Assembly (NCBI RefSeq): GCF_006345805.1
Contig: NC_042997.1
Location: 105,400,001-105,464,000, forward strand
Length of the DNA: 64,000 bases
Direction: 5' to 3'
DNA from: Octopus sinensis
Taxonomy: Eukaryota
Below are positions 12,352 through 23,922 of this stretch, piece by piece; within the stretch, counting starts at the first letter, position 1, and every line of letters begins with the position of its first letter. The position numbers and the translations under genes are program-made. Below the pieces are notes generated by a model. It saw nothing but the letters and a program-made list of their open reading frames with translations, was not told the origin of the DNA and ran no database searches.

Positions 12352-12995
12352 GTATGTAGGTATATAGGTACGTATATTTAGATGTGTAATTATGTATGCA
12401 TGCATTAATGTCTATGCTTGTGTGTATGCGTGCATCTATGTGTGTGGGTATAAGTATATGCTGTATCTTACATTTTTACATAATTGAATTATTGGACTGA
12501 GCTCTGGGTGGGATTTTAGGCGACCGCATCAATCATAGGATATTGTTACCCTATCTTTTCGACATAATGGACTCTCTTCAATAGAGGACGGACATTTAGG
12601 CACACACATACACACACTCACAAACGCGCACATATATAAATATAGATATATGTACGTAAATATATATATATAGAAATATATATATATTTATAAATATCTA
12701 TCTATATATATATATGTGTGTGTGTGTATAAATATATATACAAATGCATATTTATAGGTATATATATAATATATAAATATGTATATATCTCTTTTTTTAC
12801 TCTTTTTACTTGTTTCAGTCATTTGACTGAGGCCATGCTGGAGCACCGCCTTTTTTAGTCGAGCAATATATCAATATGTATATCTATATGTACATACATT
12901 GGTTACATTATTCATATACATATGAATATATATATTTATATATATATATATACATGCATATATATGTATATATATGTGTATATATACATATATAC

Positions 12996-13030
<35 letters not shown>

Positions 13031-13069
13031 ATATAGTTCTATATTTAAGAGATGAGGAATTATGTACAT

Positions 13070-13570
13070 TATTTTACTACTTCACTATGAACATTGATAT
13101 TTATCGACAATCGAATGGCTTAGCTATGGGCTCGCCATTATCACCGATAATAGCCAATATATACATGGAATACTTTGAGATTTTGTCTTTAGGATCAACA
13201 CCACTAAAACCAACAGTATGGCTGCGATATGTTGATGACACCTTTAAACTCTGGCTCCACCAGGAAGATGCCCAAGTGATGTTAGATCATGTGAACTCAA
13301 TAAAGCAATTCCATACAGTTCACTGTGGAAAAGGAAAAAGACAATGAGTTAGCATTACTGGACGTATCAATAACACGCACGAAGTATGGATTCAAGACAT
13401 CCGTATACCGCAAGCCGACCTTCACTGGACGGTACCTCAACTTCAATGCCTAAAACATCGAGCAAAGAATATAAGTAGCAATCGTGATACACACCACGAC
13501 AAAATGTTCAATCCCAGTAACAATATATTGAGCAACAAAATTATAAGCCCTAAAATTCACCCAATAATTG
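13070..13570 (+). mobile_element. Penelope-like RT fragment
   Basis: [23 protein letters not shown]...WLRYVDDTF, then after a frameshift LLDVSITRTKYGFKTSVYRKPTFTGRYLNFN. Confidence 0.9.
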
Positions 13571-13574
13571 CCAC

Positions 13575-13815
13575 GGGCATATGGTGTAGTGGTTAACAGC
13601 GCGGACTACTAACCATAAGATTCCGAGTTCGATTTAAGGCATAATCATAATAATAATAATAATACTAATAATAATGATGATGATGATGATGATAACAACA
13701 ACAAACAACATCGAAAAATACCTTATATACCCTCCACCTGATGAAGGCTGGAGGGTATATCAGCCGAACCTTTGTGTAACAACAAACAAGACGAGAAATA
13801 TCCGTCAAATGTAAA
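13575..13815 (+). mobile_element. tRNA-headed SINE-like element with internal (TAA)n and a hammerhead-like motif
   Basis: A box TGGTGTAGTGG (13582-13592), B box GAGTTCGATTT (13625-13635), then CTGATGA-A-GGCTG-loop-CAGCC-GAAC at 13738-13769. Confidence 0.7.
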
Positions 13816-14329
13816 TAAATATATGTAATACATATATATATATATATATATAGATATATATATATATTATATATATATATATATAATTATATGTAATGTA
13901 TAAATAAAACATATATATATATATATAAATAGTGTTTGTATATACAAATATATATATATATCAATATTACATATATATATATGCATATATAAATATATAT
14001 AATTATATATAATATTTAAATACATATGTATATATCTCTCTCTCTCTATATATATATATATAATTATATGTAATATATAAATATGTGTATATACATATAT
14101 AAATATATAATTATATATATCAATATATAATTGATATATGTATATATCTTATATATATAAGTATATAAATATGTATATGTGTATATAGTTGAAAATCATT
14201 TATAAAAAGTGGAAGAGAAATGTCTTCGTTTCTCACAGTTTAATATCTTTTTATAAAGAAATTTTTAAAAATATATATCTAACCGGTTTTGCTTTTTAAA
14301 TTAGCTTTTCAAGTGACATTGTGAAGTAA

Positions 14330-15745
14330 TCAATTCTTGTGACAAAGGGGTCTCACCATTTCTGATACTTGAAAAATAAGAATAAGTCTAGAAAGTGAAC
14401 CAAGGGAAGTGTTAGCATAACTTTTACAGTGGTAAACATTATAAGATCTTGTATCTTTAATATTCAAACATGGAAATGGCCTCACAGTAAAAGAAAAAGA
14501 TTATAACACGAACTTTAAATGCAAACCAAACTTTTTCTCTGTATCCCTAATAACCACAAGAGTAAAATAATTACTAATGCCTGGAAATCAAATCCATGTC
14601 TATATATAAATATCCCAACACTAAAAGACTTCAAATTAAGGCCTATTATAGCGGGCCCAGCCTGTGAAACACACCGCCCAAGCAACTTTCTAGACATACT
14701 AAGGAAACGTTTTTTTCAGATACATTAAAAAATATCATTAGAAACGATGTTGACATGCTAGAGCATCTTCCAAAAACCACTAACGAAGGAGCACTATTAG
14801 TCTCCTTCGATGTCATCAACCTCAACACTAACATTCCACATGACTACGGAATAGAGGCAATAAACTTCTGGTTAGAAAAATACCGCAAAGTATTCCGGGA
14901 CCGCATAAACCAGACTTCTGTCATTGAATCCCTGAAGTACATCCTACAAAACAATTATTTCCTATTCGATTCAACATACTACCGCCAAAAATGCATATAG
15001 CGAGGGGAACGAAAGCAGCGCCTGTCCATGCGAACCTTATAATTGGGTTCTACCCTATATGAACTTTCGCTCCAAAACTTTGAACCCCCATTCCATCAGT
15101 ACATAAAAGAAAACCGGGAAAGGTACCTAAACAATTGTTTTATCCTCTGGAATAAAACCTGTGATAAACACCTATATTTTAAATCTACACTGAACAATAT
15201 AAACTCCAATATTCAATTTACAATGAAATATATCAAGGAACAGCTCCCATTTCTGGACATTTTGATTATAAAAACATCCAACAATCAAATTGCAACTGAC
15301 ATCTACTACAAACCAACAGACTCAAAACAGTATCTCCTTTTCAGTTCATACCATCCTAAACGCACCAAAATAAATATCCCATTCAATCCAGCTAAAAGGA
15401 TCTGTATAATTGTGTCTGATACAACCGCTCGGGAACTTCGCCTACAAGACCTCAAAATAATACTCATTGAACGTCGATACCCATCCGCACTTATAGTCCA
15501 TGGAATTGAACGTGCCAAGAAATTGGGCACAAACACACTAAGGACAACAAGAGAAAACAAAACAACTCATTTTAAATCACTCCCATATATATCAACCCAA
15601 AACCTCAGAAACAATGGAGCATACAACACAATTATATAAAATCTCCCTCTGCTCACTCAAGACCCGAAAATGAACAACATCCTAAATACACATAAACTCC
15701 TCAAATGCAAAAGACAGGCACAAATCACTTAAGAGATCCTAAGAC
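14330..15745 (+). mobile_element. Decayed Penelope-like RT (Neptune-like), several frameshifts and stops
   Basis: CDKG...LRPIIAGPACETHRPSNFLD...LVSFDVINLNTNIPH...QFTM...LPFLDILI...DIYYKPTDSKQYLLFSSYHP. The catalytic YxDD appears as YLNN. Confidence 0.9.
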
Positions 15746-16099
15746 ATATATATACTTAATATATCATACCTCCACACCCACAGTTTACACAGGTAGTGTA
15801 GAATAGTTAGTGGGCTGTTATGTAGATAGATAAATCTATGTATGTGTACGTGTGGGTTTATATATGTGTATATGAACATGTATGTAAGCATATAGATATG
15901 AAAAACAGATCAACATACAGGCGGATAGATACATAGGTTATATGAACAGACATACGCAACTGGAGACTGAAACACATGACCATATATACACACACATTAC
16001 TTCCCATAAGGAAACATATGGAGACACGTGTTCACAGATGGAGATGCACATCCATACATACAAACATGGTACATAGTTACAACACACACACACAGACAC

Positions 16100-16840
16100 T
16101 AAATTGGCAATGAAATGTAGGCGGCTAACCGGATGGATTCTTAGAACCTTTAGAAAAAGAGACCAGGAAACCATGATGGTCCTCTGGAGGACACTTGTCC
16201 AAAGCCACTTTGACTATTGCTCTCAGCTATGGTCACCATCCAGTGTCATGTTAATCACAGAACTTGAGGCAATCCAACGAAGCTACACGAAGAAGATAGC
16301 CTCTGTGCAGCATATAAGCTACTGGGAAAGACTCAAGAGATTAAAACTCTATTCCTTAGAGCGTAGGCGAGAAAGATATGCCATAATATACATCTGGAAG
16401 ATCCTAGAAGGACTTGTCCCAAACTTTGGCATCGAGAGTTACACAAATACTAGAACTGGGCGCCACTGCATAGTGCCAAGGACTCCAAATTTGCCATCAA
16501 GATGTAGAACAAGATACTGTGATAGCCTGAGCTTCAGAGGCCCACAGCTCTTCAATATCCTCCCGAAGAACCTGAGAGACATGCATGGGGTGGATGCAGA
16601 TGTCTTTAAAATAAAACTGGATCTCTTCCTGTCAGGTGTCCCAGATGAACCAACTTCGCGGCAGAAGGTGCAGATGAGGGCAGCTGCACCGAACTCTCTC
16701 ATGCACCAAATGCTAATTGCTAAAAAGCATTCGTGAAGTAAAATCATGTAGCAGCACCAAATGGCAGTGCCCCAGCTTGGCAACAGCTCGTGAGCTGAAA
16801 CTAGATAAAATAAAATAAATAAAAATAAAATAAATAGACA
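16100..16840 (+). mobile_element. 5'-truncated CR1/L2-group LINE: ORF2 C-terminus, 3' UTR and (TAAAA)n tail
   Basis: Uninterrupted ORF 16104-16736: GWILRTF...FDYCSQLWSP...ELEAIQRSYT...YWERLKRLKLYSLERRRERY. Confidence 0.85.
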
Positions 16841-17069
16841 CACTGACATGTACACACAATGAGACAGAGATGCATAGACATAAAACACGCTCACACACAC
16901 ATACATAAAAAATACACAAACACGGACATGCAAGCACATGAATATGCAGAATACATACATAAAGATGCACACACATACATACATATATATACAGATGCAT
17001 ACACACACATATATACATTACATACATGCATGCTGACCCACACACATGCGCACAAACAAACAAAAAGGA

Positions 17070-17235
17070 ACACAGTGTAAATAACGGACAGAGTCAAGGT
17101 TGCAAGACGTAACGAAAATTTTAGGAAAATAAAAATAAGGAATAAGTGGAAATTTTACCGGTGAGTGTGTTAAATTAAAAGGCACAAAAAGATAACTGAC
17201 TCTCCCCAGACACAACAAAATATGCTTCAACATAC
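17070..17235 (-). mobile_element. Fragment of the same repeat as 20270-20430 (probable PLE terminal region)
   Basis: Reverse complement matches aaaattttcgttgcgtcttgcaacc, attcaccggtaaa and gggagagtca. Confidence 0.65.
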
Positions 17236-17475
17236 GAACTCACATAAACAATCTTGCAAACCAAATCCCAAAACGAAATGTATATGTATATATATATATT
17301 ATATATATATATGTCCATGTATATATATATATAAATATATGTATAATATATATATGTATGTCTATATATATGAATATATATAATATATATATATATATAT
17401 TATATATATATATATATTATAATGTATGTATATACATATATATTATATGTATTTACATATATAACACATATATAT

Positions 17476-17541
<66 letters not shown>

Positions 17542-17755
17542 CATATATATATGCGTAGACAATATAGTATCCGTAATTATATAATTACCGATGCTATCAT
17601 GATTTTTGACATTTTGTTTGATGTCATATTCATAGCCATCTCTAAGAATATAACAGAAAGTCCATTATCACGTATATATTTATGTGTGCTTATCTTATGA
17701 GGATGTATATCAGTGTGTATATATATATATATTTATGTATATGTATGTATATATG

Positions 17756-17801
<46 letters not shown>

Positions 17802-18120
17802 GTGTGTGTGTGTGCGTGCGTGCGTATTTGTGTGTGAGTAAGTATGTATCTTTGTGTCTGTCTTTGTCCCTCACCAGCATTTGTGAACCGGTTTTGATGT
17901 GTTCACGCCCTCATATCTTAGTAGTTGCGCAAAAGAAACCGATAGAATAAGCAACGGGACTAAAATATTAAATATTGAGGTCGATTCTTTCCACTAAAAT
18001 TCTTCAAGTTGGTGAATCAATACGACCGCAAGTCTACTGACTGAAACGAGTGATAATTAACCGATATCATAGCTTACGTAAGTATACGTATATATATATA
18101 CACACATATACATATTTATA

Positions 18121-18194
<74 letters not shown>

Positions 18195-19387
18195 GTATGT
18201 ATATGGGCATGTATGTTATTTAAAAAGTCCGATGTTGGCTTATCTGACTGAAATATCGAAGTCACTGCCAATACTTATTCTTGTTAGAGAAGAAAACATT
18301 TGTACCCTACAAAAGGCATGAATGTAAAATTGTTTTTATTACAACTAAACAGAAAAACAAATATTAATCATATATATATAAACACATCCATACATATACA
18401 CACACATTACATTCATCACAGTCGAAACGTCAGTTTAAAATTCTTTTCATTACATTTTTAGCACACTTTAAAAACGGTTCCATCCCCACAAGCGATTGTC
18501 ATTCAATTACACTAATTGCTTTTATCTGTTGTCGCTTATGTTTCTATGCCTCTTAATCTCTCGTTGAGCCCATAAAAATAGAAGTGAAATATAGTGTTTT
18601 ATTATATTGCTTTCATAGTCACGGAGATAATAATCTTTCATATCCAATCTCTTTACAAACAGCTAGTTTCTCTGGACGCACTTTACGAAGTGGTTTCGCA
18701 GGCGTGCAAAACAGACACGTGAGAAAAATGCTAATTCTCATGCTTAAACAGAAAAACGTTTCTTTTGGCCAATGTCCAGACTAACCATTCAATTTGTTAC
18801 TGTTTTCTTATTGTAATTATTATTTTCTTTGTCTTTTCTTCTTTTTTGTTGTGTTTTGGAAATAAATTGTTCCTGGCCAAAGATGGCGTATCGCCCGGTT
18901 CCATTATTGGCTATTTTCAATTTCAAAACCATTTCATTTCCAACTTAAGTGCAGATAGGTTTTTATGGCTATCATGGATTGATAGCCTTCTGCAATTGGT
19001 CTTTCGCAACTACAGTTGCCAAAGTCTTCTGATTGGTTGCATCTCATAAATTGATAAAGGTATGTGAGTTGAGAATGAGGAAAAGAAGACGTAACATTAT
19101 CACTGGTTTGTTATTGATAAGAGAGAGGAGAGAAAGGAAAGGAGTAAAACGTTAAGCAGATAGAAAAATAGCGTGATATTTAGTGTATGTGCGTGTGTAC
19201 GCAAATTTATATATACATACGCACATATATGTATGTATATACACATATAAGTGCGCATCTATATATGCATACATGTGTGTGTATGTGTGTGCATGTGAAT
19301 CATTTGAACATACAAGCGTGAGAAAAGATGTAATCATTGCAACTGTAGAACTACGCGTATACATCCCAACACAATGTACACACAGTC

Positions 19388-19439
<52 letters not shown>

Positions 19440-20269
19440 CATATCTGTGTGGTTATACATACATGTATGTCAGTTATTGCAAACTACAGAAACGTAAGGT
19501 TTTTATTATATGTCCGAGTGTGCAGATGAGAATACTTACAGACTTAAAGTGAATCTCTAGATTAAAAACCAAAATATAATTCCGTCAGAAACACGGATAG
19601 GCATTTATAAGGCAAAAATATATGAAATAGTGTGGGAAAGATTAAGAAAAGGCAAATTACATGTGGAAAATCACAAAATTAAATAATAAACAAACATGTA
19701 AGAATTATAAGTAAAGGAAAATTACGAAGTAACTGAGACAAAGAGATAGATAGATACACTCGGCCAGTTCTATGTGTGATAAGATAATATGTATTTAGAA
19801 TGGCTGGTTGTAGATAAAGGGCTAAAAGCCTGGAATTATAGTTCGTTTTAGGTTTCAGTATTTAAAAAAATTTTTTTGTTGGAGGTATCTAGCACTCATT
19901 ATACTTTTTCGGTATGCGTTGAACAAATCGACTGAAGTACTGATTTTAAAAATCTTTATACGATCTGTAATCAAACCAATACTGCATGTCAATTGGAGCG
20001 GGCACGTACGTGATGTGTACCTAGTCCGGCGCTGTTTTGTGTTATTTCTGAGTGAAGTGCTTAGAAGAACTACCAGTGAACTCACAGGATCCGTGTATAT
20101 CTGCTCCAGTGTGGGTTGTTCGATATAGGTTGTTGAATATATCTAAGCTGAGATACACTAGGATGATACGCGATATATTCAATAACGAAACTTCTCTTTA
20201 CTGAGAGCATCGCTCTTATGGTTCATTTCCAAGGGGGTATAAAAGAAAAATACGCACCAATATATATAT

Positions 20270-20830
20270 ATTGTTCTGCCTTGGGAGAGTCATTCAATTT
20301 TAGTGCCTTATTATTTAACACATTCACCGGTAAACTTTCTACTCATTTACTTTATTTTCCCTAAAATTTTCGTTGCGTCTTGCAACCTTTTCAATAGTCG
20401 TTGACTTTGTCCGTTATTCGAGCTACTTTCCTTATGTTTCTTCGTGAGCATTTGTGTGGGTCATGACAAGTAACACAAAGAACGACCCTTCATTAGTTGT
20501 CGGCTGTCTAACTACTCATCATTTCGGAATCTTCGATGACAGTTGCTCCCATAAATTCCAAAATAAAATTTTGGATTTATGGAGGGTCAAGGAAACCGAA
20601 TAAAAACTAACAAGGAGGGTCGTTAGACTAGAACAAGAGGAAAATAGTGCAAGATGGGATAATATAATAATAATATAACAACTGACGTTAATTGCTAAGC
20701 TTAAACACGCAATTACGTTTGGTTATGGCGTATACAGGAAAGATAGAACCCCTGGAATGGAAATTATCCCTGAAGGACGTACCAATACCACCTAAAAAGA
20801 ATTTATGATTATGGAATGGTCGGGTATAAA
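20270..20830 (+). mobile_element. Penelope-like 5' region with start of the ORF, decayed
   Basis: Starts at a (TA)n tract. The translation YTGKIEPLEWKLSLKDVPIPPK resembles the PLE N-terminal (F/Y)SLKNIPIP motif. Confidence 0.55.
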
Positions 20831-20907
20831 ACCTGTCAGTGTTGATTCAGTTGAAGGGGGTTCTGTCTCTAAAATTACTTTTATATATTGTATATATATA
20901 TAATAAA

Positions 20908-20963
<56 letters not shown>

Positions 20964-21133
20964 GTGTGTGTGTGTGTGTGGTGTGTGTGTTGCGTGTGCG
21001 TGTGTGGGTGTGTGTGTGTAATATATATATATATTTAAATATCATACATATATATATAATATACACACATATATAAAATCGATAAATATATATATGTATA
21101 TAGAATATATATTCAATATATAATATATATAAT

Positions 21134-21166
<33 letters not shown>

Positions 21167-21859
21167 GTGTGTATGTATGTATGTATGTATGTATGTATCA
21201 TAACATCATATCACATCATATTATATCATTTGTGCTCCGAAACCTCGTGTGCTGGAACAGGAACTTCGCTCATCATTTTTACAAATTAACTTCTAAATGT
21301 GTTGATAAAGATCACATGATTGGGAAGGACAATTACTGTCGGCTGTAGCTGAAGTCGATCCTTGCATACATTTACCTATCGTTGCTTTGGGGAATCTCAA
21401 TGAAGATAAATGGAAACAACACAACACGAAACTGCCAAATGGAAAGTATGTAGAACAGTAATAGTATGCTGTCTATTTTAATAGCACACTTACATTGTTT
21501 TGAAGAATAGAAATCGGCTCAGATTCATCTGGAATAATGCAGTTCCAATGCATTTTCTCAAAGAGAACCCTCAGCTTACGTATACACTAGAGTTTATAAA
21601 TCAATTGATGTTGTGACTATCGCTATTTAACGTTAGTTTAATCTTAACTGATCGCAACAAGGATCAAATGCGTTGCAGCTATAACCAGTACGTTCATGTA
21701 TCGGCCTTTGCTTATTTAAAGCTACAATATACAACGTGGTGTGTTTCTTATTTTAAGACCACTGGTTATAATTTGAAGGATATATGACTGCCATTTCAAA
21801 CATTTCAAATGGTCACGTGTGGGTACACTTTCGGGTTCATGTACACAATATTATAATAT

Positions 21860-23495
21860 ATAAGCGGTGATGAAACGAGTTGTATACAAGCATAAAAATG
21901 GAACACTAATATGGATGGCGAAAGGAAGGACAGTGCTTATACAGAATAATAAAGAAAAGACAGACGAAGTCAGCAATTGTAGACCTATTACTTGCTTATC
22001 ATTACTCTGGAAAGTATTAACTGGCGTCATAGCTGATGAAATATATAATTTTCTGGATAAGGAGAATCTATTGCCAAAGAAACAAAAAGAAAATAGGACG
22101 AAATCGAGGGTAATTGCTTATCTGCTAAAGATAGTAGAATATTGAATCAGGCGAGTATAAGAAAGAAGAATTTAGCTGTTGGAGGATAGATTGCAGGAAG
22201 GCTTACAGCAATGTCCTACACAGCTGACTCATAGAGTGTCTAAGGACGCTCGAAGGCAATGAGAAGATAAACAACTTTTTGGAGAAAGCAATAAGAGTGT
22301 GGGAAGTAGACCTAACAGATGCAGATGAATCGCAAGGCAAAGTGAAAACGCATTTTCAAGGAAACTGGCTCTCCCCATTATTCTTCGTCATTGCGTTAAG
22401 CTCACCCTACTAAGAAAACCCAGGCTTACTTATGAGTTTAACCAAATCTAAGATGAATATAACTCACCTTCTTTGATGTTAATAAAACGAATGAGACAGA
22501 CCTTGACCCTTTGATCCAAACAATGAGAATATTCAGTAAAGATATTGGAGTGCAGTTTCTGGTTAATAAGTGCGCAGTACTTGTTATGAAGCATGGGCGA
22601 AAAGTAAATTCTGATGGTATAAAATTACTACATCATTAGATCACAAATATCTAGGAGCGCTGGGATATGATATGCCGTCTTTGAGGCATGCCTATATTGA
22701 GATACTCTGTTCTCTTTCTGAAATGGATAAATGCGAAGCTAAAGAGCTTGGATAGATGACCTAGAAAGTTGCTCACGATTTACAACGCACTCCAGTCTAA
22801 ATGCAATACCAACAGACTTTACCTACCAAGAAAGGAAGGCGGCAGAGTATTATTAAATGCATGAGGCATTGTAAATACTTGGATACTGTGTCTGCAAAAA
22901 TCATGTTGTGCAGAGTAAAGAAAGAATACTATCGGCAGCCAAGGTTACCCCAAAAGTGACCGAAAAAGTAGGAGAATTCAAAGAGAAAAGGAAAAACAAG
23001 AGAGCGAACAAATGGCAAGAAATAGGACTTCATGTGTATGACCAATTCATGCAACAAGACGAAAATAAGGAATATAAAGATCGTTGGCTCTGGATGAAGG
23101 AAGGGAACTTGAAACAAGAGCTTAAGACAAATTTGATAAAGCCAAAGAAAGCTCAACATGACGCAGTCAACTAACAAATGTAGAATCTGCAGGGTAGGAG
23201 ATGAAGTTATCAGTCATCTTTTGAATGAGTGCAGGACACCAACACAAAATGAGTATAAGCGACGACGTGACTGTGTATGCAAAAGTGTTCATGAAAATGT
23301 TAGCCGAGGGTGTGGCTTCAAAACAGAAAAGGAGTATGAACATGAACCAGAAGTTATGAAGAGGAAACTGGGGAAGAACATAACGACAATTATTTCTGTA
23401 GTAATTGGTGCACTTGGACAACAATTATTCCTGTATTAATTGGTGCACAATAACCAAAACACTACCTAAAAGACTGACAGTGATTGGAATTGAAA
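21860..23495 (+). mobile_element. Old, decayed R4/Dong-type LINE (RT, CCHC and RLE remnants)
   Basis: WMAKGRTVLI...NCRPITCLSLLWKVLTG; CRICRVGDEVISHLLNEC; EYKRRRD; IPVLIGA. Many stops and deletions. Confidence 0.85.
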
Positions 23496-23628
23496 CCATG
23501 TCGTGCACATATGGTTGTGATGCATGTGTCTGGTGTACCCGTATCAGACGGGTAGTCATGATGGGTATACTGGGCTTCGTATATTTTACTCCAGTGTCAC
23601 TTTGATGACATACACTGCTCTCTCACCC

Positions 23629-23630
<2 letters not shown>
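23495..23630 (+). mobile_element. 3' end of the 555 bp (AAT)n-tailed element, fused to the old Dong copy
   Basis: Matches ~6717-6850 (accatgtcg...ctgctctctcac) and is followed by (AAT)n. Confidence 0.85.
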
Positions 23631-23671
<41 letters not shown>

Positions 23672-23707
23672 TAATAATAATAATAATATAATAATAATAT
23701 AATAATA

Positions 23708-23922
23708 ATCCTTTCCAATATAGGCACAAGGCCTGAAATTTTGGGGGAGGGGAGAGTAGATTACTTTGACCCCAGTGTTTCACTGGTACTTAATTTATCG
23801 ATCCCGAAAGGATGAAAGGCAAAGTCAACCTCGGCGGAATTTGAACTCAGAACTTAAACACAGACGACATGCCGCTAAACATTTTATCGGGCTCGCTACC
23901 GATTCTGCCAGCTCGTTGCCTT
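23708..23922 (-). mobile_element. SINE family A, (ATT)n-tailed subtype
   Basis: Family A motifs on the minus strand; (AAT)n to its left. Confidence 0.85.

Noticed and set aside
13575-13640. tRNA-like sequences here and at 30457 and 55145 as real tRNA genes
   Set aside because: A and B boxes are present, but no complete acceptor stem forms and each continues into a SINE body.
19855-20128. Overlapping ORFs as a host exon or LINE tail (PTLEQIY)
   Set aside because: No recognisable domain and no convincing splice pair; the similarity to a LINE C-terminus is too short.
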